Positions 45,640-54,178 of a stretch of 64,000 nucleotides of DNA are shown here, piece after piece. A model generated the notes under the pieces. That model did not search any database. It worked only from the letters and a program-made list of their open reading frames with translations, and was not told the origin of the DNA. Each line of letters begins with the position of its first letter. Position 1 is the stretch's first letter. The stretch lies in IMG/VR virus record IMGVR_UViG_3300022555_000009. One strand, given 5' to 3'. This stretch comes from a virus. The translations under genes were made by a program, and so were the position numbers.

Positions 45640-47768
45640 CGCTTAATTACCAGGGTATCTGTTTCCTTTAGATTCCTCGCCTTCACTTCTTCTGTCTTCT
45701 CACCCCTTTTAACTTTTACTGTCTCGTCGGCAAAGAATACATATTCTTTGCCGTCTTGATTTATAATGACTTCATTAATTTCAAATTCTTTATTCCTGCA
45801 GAAGACATTCCAACCCGTCGTACTATGTACATCAGCGTTAGGATCTGTTTTATAGGCCTTCAGAAGGAACGCATCATTACCGTCCAAAGCTGCGAGCCTT
45901 AGTTGAAGCCCACTATAATCCATGGTTACTAGTTTACAGTGTTCTATATCAGGTACACTTACAATTTCTTTGACCAGATCAGATCCCAACGAATGAGATG
46001 GCAAATTCGTCCAATTAGGTTCTCGACAAGTATTGCGCCCGGTTTCCGCACCCATGACATTATATACAGGGTGGAGTTTGGACTTACCCAGATCCTCGTG
46101 AAACTTCAAGTGTTGTCTCCAACCCATATTCGTATCTGGTAGTCCTAAGAACGTCTTCTGCAACGTCTTGTATGCTCGGAGCTTCTTAAGAATAGTCGCT
46201 TCAGGTCTTCCCAATTGTTCCCACTGAGTTAACTGCTCGTCGCCTGTTAAATAATAGCCAGACTTAGACATACCACAATTTTCCCACCCAAGCCACTTAA
46301 GTATTTCACCTAATTGCTTACCACTATTAAAATTAGACTCGGGGTCATCTTCATCCGCGCAATCATCAAAGAAGCTATGAAAATCTAGACTCATTACCTT
46401 TAGTCCATGGCCGCCTAAGAATTCTTGTACCTTCAGCTTCTCGCTCAATTCTCTTTGAAGATCCTTCATCTCCTTATCTACATCGAGAGAATTCTTATCC
46501 CAAATATCCATGTCTACTTCGATACCCTGTATTTCAACAGGCACAAACATTTTCATCGCTGGCATTCTTTTCTTTTCAAAGTACTCGCGCACAGTCCACC
46601 AACCCTCTACAGGCGGAGGCCAAGCGAGGTCAATCCAGTTTATTCTTTTCTCCATCGCTTCATACACCTGGAAATTAATGATAGCGTCCATAGTCGCGTA
46701 TTGTGATAAGATTTTTTCAGGTATGTCCAAGTACGTCTTTGGATTGTATCTTTTTTTATAGTCGTCTAAGTCTCTATCATAACCTCCAAATTGCGTATAA
46801 TAGAAAGCTAAAGACTTCAAACTATTAGATCGAGACTCATTCAAAGTCTGTGCCATGGGTAGAGTATCAATATCAATTTTCGCTGTAGATATGCCTGCAT
46901 TCAAAAGAAACTTGACATCGAATTTTAAATTTTGTCCTATCTGGATCTTATTTCTAAAAAACTCGGTAAGTAGATTCTTATCTATTAGATACCAGGGAAT
47001 ATAGAAGCCTTCCCTGCCATCAAAAGACATCGTAATGCAACCTATGCGGTCATTAACAAAATCAAACCCTGATGTTTCCAAGTCCCAGCATACCTTACAT
47101 GATACGGGAGTCCAAGCTTTAAGAAAATTATCAGCCTCATCTGCTTCCATAAGCTTGGTTATTTTTAAGCGCGTGGGACAAGGAGGTTCACTCAAGCCAT
47201 CGTAATTTTTTAAAATCTTTTTGATTTGTATTTCTGCGAAATGCATTCTAAAAGAATCTCTGGGCAAAATTCCCATTGGAGTTATTTTAAATATGTCTTC
47301 TAGAGCGTCAATAGGAAATACGTTACACTCATATTCTCTCGAGTAAAAGTATGTTTGCGTGAACACTATGTCATAAAAACTATTTATGTGAATATTAGAA
47401 TCGCCGGTTATACCATAAATGGCACGACCGGACGTTATCATGATAGTCTTGTCTGTCATGTATGAAAGAATATTCGCTGCGTTTCTCTTATAGTACTCCG
47501 CGACTCCCTCTTTTTTTATCTCTTCTGAAGTCTTGCTGTACTTCGAAAGACTCACAATTCTATAATTGTAGCCTTGAGGTATCTGCCTGTCTAACCATTT
47601 TGTAAAGGCATCCAAGTGCCTTTGATTAGGGAATGTCTCTAAGACAATAATGAGATGAGTCTCATCGTTACTATGAGCTCTCTCGTACAGAAGAGCTCCT
47701 TTTGTTTCCAAGCCGCTCCCCTTTTTAGAAGAGCCTAAAGATACATCGCCGAATGTGAATGCTGCCAT
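45636..47768 (-). CDS. polA: Family A DNA polymerase, N-terminal fragment (3'-5' exonuclease plus motif A; motifs B and C absent)
   Basis: WDLETSG, GQNLKFD, YATMDA, TGR...PNWTNLP, DYSGLQLR, DVHSTT; then a short tail and stop. Confidence 0.85.
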   Translation of the reverse strand: MAAFTFGDVSLGSSKKGSGLETKGALLYERAHSNDETHLIIVLETFPNQRHLDAFTKWLDRQIPQGYNYRIVSLSKYSKTSEEIKKEGVAEYYKRNAANILSYMTDKTIMITSGRAIYGITGDSNIHINSFYDIVFTQTYFYSREYECNVFPIDALEDIFKITPMGILPRDSFRMHFAEIQIKKILKNYDGLSEPPCPTRLKITKLMEADEADNFLKAWTPVSCKVCWDLETSGFDFVNDRIGCITMSFDGREGFYIPWYLIDKNLLTEFFRNKIQIGQNLKFDVKFLLNAGISTAKIDIDTLPMAQTLNESRSNSLKSLAFYYTQFGGYDRDLDDYKKRYNPKTYLDIPEKILSQYATMDAIINFQVYEAMEKRINWIDLAWPPPVEGWWTVREYFEKKRMPAMKMFVPVEIQGIEVDMDIWDKNSLDVDKEMKDLQRELSEKLKVQEFLGGHGLKVMSLDFHSFFDDCADEDDPESNFNSGKQLGEILKWLGWENCGMSKSGYYLTGDEQLTQWEQLGRPEATILKKLRAYKTLQKTFLGLPDTNMGWRQHLKFHEDLGKSKLHPVYNVMGAETGRNTCREPNWTNLPSHSLGSDLVKEIVSVPDIEHCKLVTMDYSGLQLRLAALDGNDAFLLKAYKTDPNADVHSTTGWNVFCRNKEFEINEVIINQDGKEYVFFADETVKVKRGEKTEEVKARNLKETDTLVIKR

Positions 47769-47779
47769 ACGAAATTATA

Positions 47780-47915
47780 TGTTTTTTATTATGTAAATAT
47801 TCGCTTGAAGAAAGATATGAGTTTCTAGATATTTGAATTTCGCATAACTAGAGGTTCGAATTTCGCACATCTATTAATATAAAAATAAGTAATATAAAAT
47901 ATATAAATATTAAGC
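47780..47915. other. AT-rich intergenic tract with GAATTTCGCA repeats (origin candidate)
   Basis: GAATTTCGCA twice, near-pure A/T tract at 47870-47912, located at a strand switch. Confidence 0.35.
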
Positions 47916-48066
47916 CTTGCAGGCTAATTGTAAAAAGCCAGTATTAAGACCTATCATTCTCTTCTTTTTGTATTATTATTCCGCGAAAAGGAACAGACCC
48001 GGACTTTTCGTAGGTATGATTTTTCCTATATACGCAGAAAAAAGAACAAAAGAATCCGCAAAATAC

Positions 48067-48104
48067 TTGCCACCGAGCACACAGCAAATGCTTATATTAT
48101 ATAC
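48067..48104 (+). promoter_or_regulatory. Putative early promoter
   Basis: TTGCCA-N20-TATATTATATA. Confidence 0.7.
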
Positions 48105-48139
48105 GTAAGCAAGAAACGAAGAACGCAAGGAGCCAAGAA

Positions 48140-48364
48140 ATGGCACGAATCGCAATCGCGACCGGCAACAAAACCACGAATCACAGGACCGCACGGTCCG
48201 TCGTCACCCAGTACGACGTGAATTCGAAGGAGTGGCAGGACCGCATTACCAATCTTAATCGGGATCTCGATCGCAAGAACGACGGCTCGATTTCCAGGCT
48301 TCCCAACGGCAATACTCCGATGGTCGTCCCCGGCTACCGGACTCGAAGCATCTCCAGTTTCTGA
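48140..48364 (+). CDS. Small early protein
   Basis: AAGGAG RBS. Confidence 0.7.
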   Translation: MARIAIATGNKTTNHRTARSVVTQYDVNSKEWQDRITNLNRDLDRKNDGSISRLPNGNTPMVVPGYRTRSISSF

Positions 48365-48392
48365 ACCTGCACTCTAAAAGGAGAGTTTATAG

Positions 48393-49031
48393 ATGTCAAT
48401 CAACGTGTGTTCCTATAAGATTACCGAGGCTGGTAGTCTTACGAATCCCGAGCCGGCTTCGTTTGCCGAGGTGTCCAAGCCCGACATGAGTCTCCGCAAG
48501 GGAATCACGGTTTACTTCGATACGAAGAAGTATACGGTTCTCGGTCAGGCGCCCATCTACGCGCTTATCAGCGAGGCAGGGGAGGACGTGGCAATTCGAG
48601 TGCGCAAGAAGCACCTCTACGTCCCGAACGACGTTCTCAACGGCACCGCGATCGTGAAGATGGCGGCTCCTGCGAAAGTCAAGGTCGCCAAGGTCAAGGT
48701 CGAGAAGGCTCCTAAGGAGCCCAAGGCTCCGAAGGCGAAGAAGACACTCATTCCTGCTGTCGTGCAGGGTGCGTTCGAGACGCGCATGGCAGAGTTCCGT
48801 ACCGACAGTGGTCGGAGCATCAAGGGCCTTCGCATCGAGAACACGGACGGTGCATCCTTCCGCGTCATTGTCGTGGATCCTACTAAGTCTGGCTGGGTTC
48901 TCATGGCCTCAGATAAGTGGGACATTGGAGCCTACAAGTTCTACAACATCGATACCATGGCGTCGAGAGATTTCGATCGCGCGGCCGATAAGCCGGGCCC
49001 TGGCGATTCCTCGATTGTGTGGCCGAAGTGA
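48393..49031 (+). CDS. Hypothetical early protein with Lys/Ala/Pro linker
   Basis: AAGGAG RBS; hairpin downstream. Confidence 0.7.
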   Translation: MSINVCSYKITEAGSLTNPEPASFAEVSKPDMSLRKGITVYFDTKKYTVLGQAPIYALISEAGEDVAIRVRKKHLYVPNDVLNGTAIVKMAAPAKVKVAKVKVEKAPKEPKAPKAKKTLIPAVVQGAFETRMAEFRTDSGRSIKGLRIENTDGASFRVIVVDPTKSGWVLMASDKWDIGAYKFYNIDTMASRDFDRAADKPGPGDSSIVWPK

Positions 49032-49076
49032 AATAGAGGGGGACCTTAGGTCCCCCTCTTAGGTGGAGAACATTAA

Positions 49077-49434
49077 ATGCGTAAGACGATTGACATTACG
49101 ATGATGGACGGACAGGTGATCAAGGCTCCGCTGTGCCTGGTGTGGTGTGATATCAACGATACCCATACCGAACTCTATTTCGTATGGAAAACACCATATG
49201 GATGGATGCTTGTGTCTTAATGAAGACAGATATCCATCCCTATGGGACCACGCCGAGCCCATCGAGTTCCCGGACGTGTGGACGTTCGGCAAGGCGTGGG
49301 ACGACGAACCAAATAATTTCGTATGGGGATATTTTAAGCTGGACGATAATGGCAATTGGTTTCGCAAGAATAAGCGGGGTTCGTGGATCAACTTCACGCC
49401 CGGCCTCCCGCCCGCGACCATAGAGGGGGAATGA
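49077..49434 (+). pseudogene. Gene broken by a 4-nt tandem duplication (ATGG repeat near 49197-49208)
   Basis: MRKTIDITMMDG...KTPYG joins CLCLNEDRY...TIEGE if one repeat unit is removed. Confidence 0.55.
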
Positions 49435-49817
49435 TGGACAGGTACACCGAGACGGCGCGGAAGATAATTGGGATTATTGACTACAACCGTGACGAAGGAA
49501 GCTACACCGATCCATCAAAAGTAGCCGCCATCCTCCGCGAGGAGTTCCCCGAGCCCGCGCAGGACGCAATGGGTGTTGCTCGGCAGATAGCGCCTATATT
49601 TTGCTATCCTGTCGATTATCCCGGTATCGACGAAGCCGCCGCCCTCATCGAAGCCTACGCTCGCAAGCGCGTGGGGGGGGCGGCGGATAGGGCAGGGACA
49701 TGGCTGAATACGCAATTCGGTGGTGGTGGGTTTGAAGATAATCCGGCAATCCAGCGGCTACGCAGCAGACAGCATATTTTCCTGCGCGCCGCGATCATCG
49801 GCAAGGAGGAAGTATGA
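49431..49817 (+). CDS. Hypothetical protein (start ATG 49431)
   Basis: GAGGGG RBS; translationally coupled. Confidence 0.6.
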   Translation: MMDRYTETARKIIGIIDYNRDEGSYTDPSKVAAILREEFPEPAQDAMGVARQIAPIFCYPVDYPGIDEAAALIEAYARKRVGGAADRAGTWLNTQFGGGGFEDNPAIQRLRSRQHIFLRAAIIGKEEV

Positions 49818-50239
49818 CCAGGGATCAGATCGACAAGGTGCGCAATGCGATTGCATACGGCAAATGTCTGTCGGAACGCGAAAATGGTGAGCGATGTACT
49901 GTTACAGAGCTTTTTACGGAGGCCCTCGCCCTCCTCGACGCTGAGGCCGCGCAGGACAACGTAGACCGACATGTCTACAAGCTGACTGTGCAGCAACGTG
50001 ATCTTGCATGGACGCAACTCAGGACAGCCGAGGTTGTGGAACGAGAGCTTGAGGCAAGAATCAAGGATTGCGAGACCCGCGAGAAGGCGCTCAGGGAGGC
50101 GCTTGACAACGCGGCGGCACAAATCGAATCACTAGCGCTATCATTTCAAAGCCACGGCATCATGGAGCATTACGACCGGGCTTTGAAATGCGCCTACGCT
50201 GCCCGTTCCGCCTTGCTCGGCCCAGGAGGCGAGGGATGA
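49814..50239 (+). CDS. Hypothetical coiled-coil protein
   Basis: AGGAGG RBS; coupled start. Confidence 0.65.
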   Translation: MTRDQIDKVRNAIAYGKCLSERENGERCTVTELFTEALALLDAEAAQDNVDRHVYKLTVQQRDLAWTQLRTAEVVERELEARIKDCETREKALREALDNAAAQIESLALSFQSHGIMEHYDRALKCAYAARSALLGPGGEG

Positions 50240-50261
50240 TCAGATAGATACATAACTTTCA

Positions 50262-50292
50262 AAAAGTCCTCTCTAAGAGAGGACTTTTTTTT
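50262..50292 (+). terminator. Intrinsic terminator
   Basis: aaaagtcctctc-taa-gagaggacttttttt. Confidence 0.8.
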
Positions 50293-50400
50293 ATGCCCGT
50301 ATAGCTCTCCAAAGCGCCTTAGGTCCTCTCGTTATAACTCAATTTTCCTAGTAAGAAGAGAGAATTTATGCCGTTACACTAATTGATAAGGAGCCTCAGA

Positions 50401-50997
50401 ATGTATATCGATGAGTATCAACCTATGTCAGAAATGCACACATGGATGAAGGGACGTGGAGTTGATGTAAATGTATACATATGCATTCAATCGGTGCTGA
50501 GTTTGGGAGACGAACGAAAAAAAGATCTTGACGTCTTTTTAAAAACATTCGGAGGACCATTCACTCTCCAGCATAATGGATCTTTTCATGAATACGATTG
50601 GAATATTTACACGAAGCCTAGCATAGGATACTATTACAATAAATACTTAGCCAGCGGCCCAGGGTATGATAATCCCGGAAAGCTTTACACTATAGATTTA
50701 AAAGATGGATCCTATGCATCAGAGCACACGCATGTTTTTATCAAAACAGCTTTATATGAAGTTTTAAAAAGACATGAGGATCTTCATTGGTATATCGTCA
50801 ATGATTTCATGGACTCAGACTCCGGACCCTCTAATTCTAAATTCAGAGGCCATGAAGTTCTATCGACGGAAGAAGTAAAACCGTTTCTTGAAGATGAGCT
50901 GGTCAAAGCGGTTGCGTCGTGGAAGATGAGCAAAGAGAATTATAATGAAGGTGGGGCCGGACAAATGCCAAGAATGATTAAGTTAGGCCTATTATGA
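50401..50997 (+). CDS. Hypothetical protein (start ATG 50401)
   Basis: AAGGAG RBS; ACTAATT upstream. Confidence 0.65.
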   Translation: MYIDEYQPMSEMHTWMKGRGVDVNVYICIQSVLSLGDERKKDLDVFLKTFGGPFTLQHNGSFHEYDWNIYTKPSIGYYYNKYLASGPGYDNPGKLYTIDLKDGSYASEHTHVFIKTALYEVLKRHEDLHWYIVNDFMDSDSGPSNSKFRGHEVLSTEEVKPFLEDELVKAVASWKMSKENYNEGGAGQMPRMIKLGLL

Positions 50998-51476
50998 TTG
51001 ATGTAGATTTTCTATATGCAGTATTCCAGCCCTGCCCTCCTCGTAACATAGTATGGTATTGGTTAGACCCTCAAAAACAAAGTTACAAACGAGTATCTAA
51101 AATTGATTCTTTCATAGAATTTGTTGAGAATAAAAATAGAAAAGTGCTACCTCAGATGAAGGAGGCCCTATGCACGTACTCTTTTTGGATGTGGAATCAA
51201 GTCGACAATAGGGTGATTTTATTACATCCTTCCGATGCACAAGACCGCACCTATAGAGATCCGCTCGCCAGTTACTTTAAGAAGGGGCTAAAAGGGCAGG
51301 ACCCCTTTGCACCAGAAGAGCAAGATCCTTTGAGTCACTTATATAAACTCGGCTTTCAGATGCCCAATGAAGATGATATTAAAAATCTCAGAGTCAGAAT
51401 GACCCCTACAAAACAAAAATCTTTTTTGGCGCGCATAGGAAACATCTTACCAGGAAATACCTCGCGAAAAAAATAG
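50994..51476 (+). CDS. Hypothetical protein
   Basis: Coupled ORF ending in TAG. Confidence 0.65.
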   Translation: MIDVDFLYAVFQPCPPRNIVWYWLDPQKQSYKRVSKIDSFIEFVENKNRKVLPQMKEALCTYSFWMWNQVDNRVILLHPSDAQDRTYRDPLASYFKKGLKGQDPFAPEEQDPLSHLYKLGFQMPNEDDIKNLRVRMTPTKQKSFLARIGNILPGNTSRKK

Positions 51477-51488
51477 CTATATTCTAGT

Positions 51489-52469
51489 ATGAGGAATCAT
51501 CCATATAGTACAGATCAAATAAAGTTAGCCCTGCGAAAACTCGGCGTCAAGTTTCCCTCGAGCATCGACTCTAAAGATAGAGCCATGGCTCATTGTCCTT
51601 TCCACTCTGACAGTACAGCTTCGATGTCTATCGATTTTACACGTGGAATCTTTCACTGCTTCTCTTGTGACGCATCCGGCTCCATCAACACCTTATCTGA
51701 AAAAATGACAGGAAGAAAACTCGATGTTCTTCTAGGCGTCGATACTTCTTTCTCCATGTTTTCAGGTCATATAAAACAAGAGTACACCCCAAAACCAATT
51801 AATGAAGAAGATGTCACGATTGATGTGCGAGGCATCGTCGCTCCTTGGACCCATGTGCCAGAAGCTATTGGGTATGTAAAATCTAGATTCATACCTCCAA
51901 GAATAGCAACGGCGATGCAAATGGGGTTCATCAAAGAAGCGTATGTGAATGGCACGTACTATGAGGATCGCTTAGTGATTCCTATCTATGGAAAATCTGG
52001 CAAGCTTATCAATCTTGAAGGTAGGGACGTGACAGGAACTCATAAACTAAAGTGCTTATATCCTCACGGTATAACGAAGACAATCTATGAATGGTATAAG
52101 CTTGACAAAGAGAAGCCTTTATATGTCGTTGAGGGACTGACGAAGATGGCTTGTCTTCGCGGCGATGATTATTTTGCGAATTCGACCACTATCTTCGGGG
52201 CATCCGTAACCGCATATCAGATGGATTTACTTAGCGAATTTAAGAAGGTCGTGTTAATACCGGACAATGATGAGCCTGGAAAAAAGGTTATCGATACCTT
52301 TAAAAATAGATTAAGAACTAAATTCGATGTTATGAGAATACAGGATACAGCAGCAAAAGATATTGATGAGATTCCTCGTAAGCTTGGTCTCGGCGTCGAG
52401 GAATACAGAAAGAAGGGCGGATTTCTCATACAAGGTTTCACTTCTTTTCTTTTCGGGGAATTTGCCTGA
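51489..52469 (+). CDS. dnaG: DNA primase (CHC2 Zn finger plus TOPRIM)
   Basis: CPFH..FHCFSC, RLVIPI, EGR, VVEG, PDNDEPG, KDIDE. Confidence 0.88.
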   Translation: MRNHPYSTDQIKLALRKLGVKFPSSIDSKDRAMAHCPFHSDSTASMSIDFTRGIFHCFSCDASGSINTLSEKMTGRKLDVLLGVDTSFSMFSGHIKQEYTPKPINEEDVTIDVRGIVAPWTHVPEAIGYVKSRFIPPRIATAMQMGFIKEAYVNGTYYEDRLVIPIYGKSGKLINLEGRDVTGTHKLKCLYPHGITKTIYEWYKLDKEKPLYVVEGLTKMACLRGDDYFANSTTIFGASVTAYQMDLLSEFKKVVLIPDNDEPGKKVIDTFKNRLRTKFDVMRIQDTAAKDIDEIPRKLGLGVEEYRKKGGFLIQGFTSFLFGEFA

Positions 52470-52494
52470 CTAATTTAAATGAAGGAGATCAAAC

Positions 52495-52776
52495 ATGATC
52501 GAAGAGACTAAGATAGTCGAGCTCGTAGAGGTATTTGAGGACGCGTACGACAAACAAGAATCTGCATCCGTCTTAACCAAGGAAGCAAGAGAGGAATTAA
52601 AAAGCTACGCAGAAAATAGTGAAATGGATCCTAAAGCCATTTCAGAGATTTATTCTACTTATGCAAAATGGAGGCGAGGTAAGTTTCACTGGGGTCCAGA
52701 AGGAGACGCAGACGACTTCACAGATATTCTTGTGGCCGTAATGGACAGAGTAACTGGTGTAGATAAGGGAGTGTAA
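52495..52776 (+). CDS. Small helical protein, possible dsDNA-binding (DsbA/GapR-like)
   Basis: Size and EAREELKSYAE..MDPKAI pattern. Confidence 0.4.
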   Translation: MIEETKIVELVEVFEDAYDKQESASVLTKEAREELKSYAENSEMDPKAISEIYSTYAKWRRGKFHWGPEGDADDFTDILVAVMDRVTGVDKGV

Positions 52777-52781
52777 CATAA

Positions 52782-53345
52782 ATGTTATGTGAAAAAATAG
52801 ACTCGCAATCGTATATGGAGGATTTTAAAAAGAGGTTTGTAAACTTCGTAGAAAAATCTCCTGTTAAGCTAAGCATCATAATCACACCGACTGAAGTGCA
52901 AGTCATTGATGAGTATACACAACAAGGGCACGCGTTCACCTGGGACTTCTCAATTCCGGTTAAGTCCTTTATTCACGGCATTAAGCAAATCCTAGTAGAA
53001 AGATGCTACCCGGTGATTCATAAGGTAGAACATATCGAGGTTCCTGTTTCTGAGAAGGAGCAGATTGAACTTGCAAGCAAGGGCTTGCCTCTCGATAATA
53101 TTCCTACGCGAGTATACAAAAAGAGAGTAACGGAGTATCTCATAGACAAGGTAGTTATATACAAGGATATGTTTATTCTTGTGGACCGTGCAACAGGGCA
53201 ATCCTATAGGTATAAATTAAATAAGAGCTCTGTGTTCTTCTTGAAGGATTTACGGAGTAAGAAGTTCAATAGGGAGACTGCAGGTGATTTCTTTTTTGCT
53301 AATGCAACTCTTATGAACGAGATTCACCAGAAAGAGAGTTTTTAG
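52782..53345 (+). CDS. Hypothetical protein
   Basis: 187-aa ORF in the replication operon. Confidence 0.65.
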   Translation: MLCEKIDSQSYMEDFKKRFVNFVEKSPVKLSIIITPTEVQVIDEYTQQGHAFTWDFSIPVKSFIHGIKQILVERCYPVIHKVEHIEVPVSEKEQIELASKGLPLDNIPTRVYKKRVTEYLIDKVVIYKDMFILVDRATGQSYRYKLNKSSVFFLKDLRSKKFNRETAGDFFFANATLMNEIHQKESF

Positions 53346-53752
53346 TGGTGGCAAAAAGGTCCTCACAAGATCCAAAATGGGTAGAACTAAAAAAGAAAGT
53401 ACGTAAGAGAGATAAGTCGTGTAGGTTGATGAAAATACTATCTGCAAAAGAAATGATTCTTTTGGCGAAGCATGCTCCCCGAGCTCAGCTGATGACTTGC
53501 GACACTGCTCACTGCTTTGGTGTTGGACCATACCCCCATATGTGTTACAACATAGAGAATACAGTTCTCTTAAATAGATTCAGTCATGAGTGCTTAGATT
53601 CTTTTAAGAGTCCTGTCACTGGGGAGAAGATAGAGGAAAGAGAAGTTGAGCTTTGGTGGGGTCGAATTCTTGGTGGCGGTATTTATTTAAAATTAAAAGA
53701 GGAGTCGACCTCACATAAAGTTAAGGAGACCATAAATGAGAGTGAAGCATAA
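53345..53752 (+). CDS. HNH/NinG-like nuclease
   Basis: VRKRD..C, DTAH, YNIEN..LLN...H. Confidence 0.55.
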   Translation: MVAKRSSQDPKWVELKKKVRKRDKSCRLMKILSAKEMILLAKHAPRAQLMTCDTAHCFGVGPYPHMCYNIENTVLLNRFSHECLDSFKSPVTGEKIEEREVELWWGRILGGGIYLKLKEESTSHKVKETINESEA

Positions 53753-54011
53753 GTTTGATGACAGCTTAGAATTAGAAGCGAGGCGGTATGCCGGCGGGGA
53801 GTTCGAGCCTGGCTTTCCCAAAGAATGGGTGCGCCTAGGTAATTTTGATTTTGGTCTAGATGGATCATATCTAATAGCGCCTGTATTCAATGGCAATATA
53901 AGAGTAGAGAAAGGAGATTGGATTCTTCACAATAGGGATGGTAATTTTCTTTTTATGACGGATAGCGAATTCAAATTGCAGCACAATGAGGTAATGTATG
54001 GAACAGATTAA
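53736..54011 (+). CDS. Hypothetical phage protein
   Basis: GNIRVEKGDWIL...G.F....F pattern. Confidence 0.6.
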   Translation: MRVKHKFDDSLELEARRYAGGEFEPGFPKEWVRLGNFDFGLDGSYLIAPVFNGNIRVEKGDWILHNRDGNFLFMTDSEFKLQHNEVMYGTD

Positions 54012-54147
54012 AGAAACAGTGGTCCTTGACAATAAGGAAGTCACTAAGGACGAGCTTCAGGAAGCCAAAAAGCAAGATACTCCCACTCAGAAAATCTTGG
54101 AAGTGAACCCAGGTACCTTCAAGACTCTGAAGAGACTTCAGGAATAA
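53998..54147 (+). CDS. Small protein (49 aa), not in the track
   Basis: GAGGT RBS; MEQIKETVVLD... Confidence 0.5.
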   Translation: MEQIKETVVLDNKEVTKDELQEAKKQDTPTQKILEVNPGTFKTLKRLQE

Positions 54148-54178
54148 CCGCTCATATAATATCATATATTATAGTTAA

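Noticed and set aside
50295-50310. GCCCGTATAGCTC resembling a tRNA 5' end or att site
   Set aside because: No downstream arms and no integrase in the window; likely chance or a remnant.
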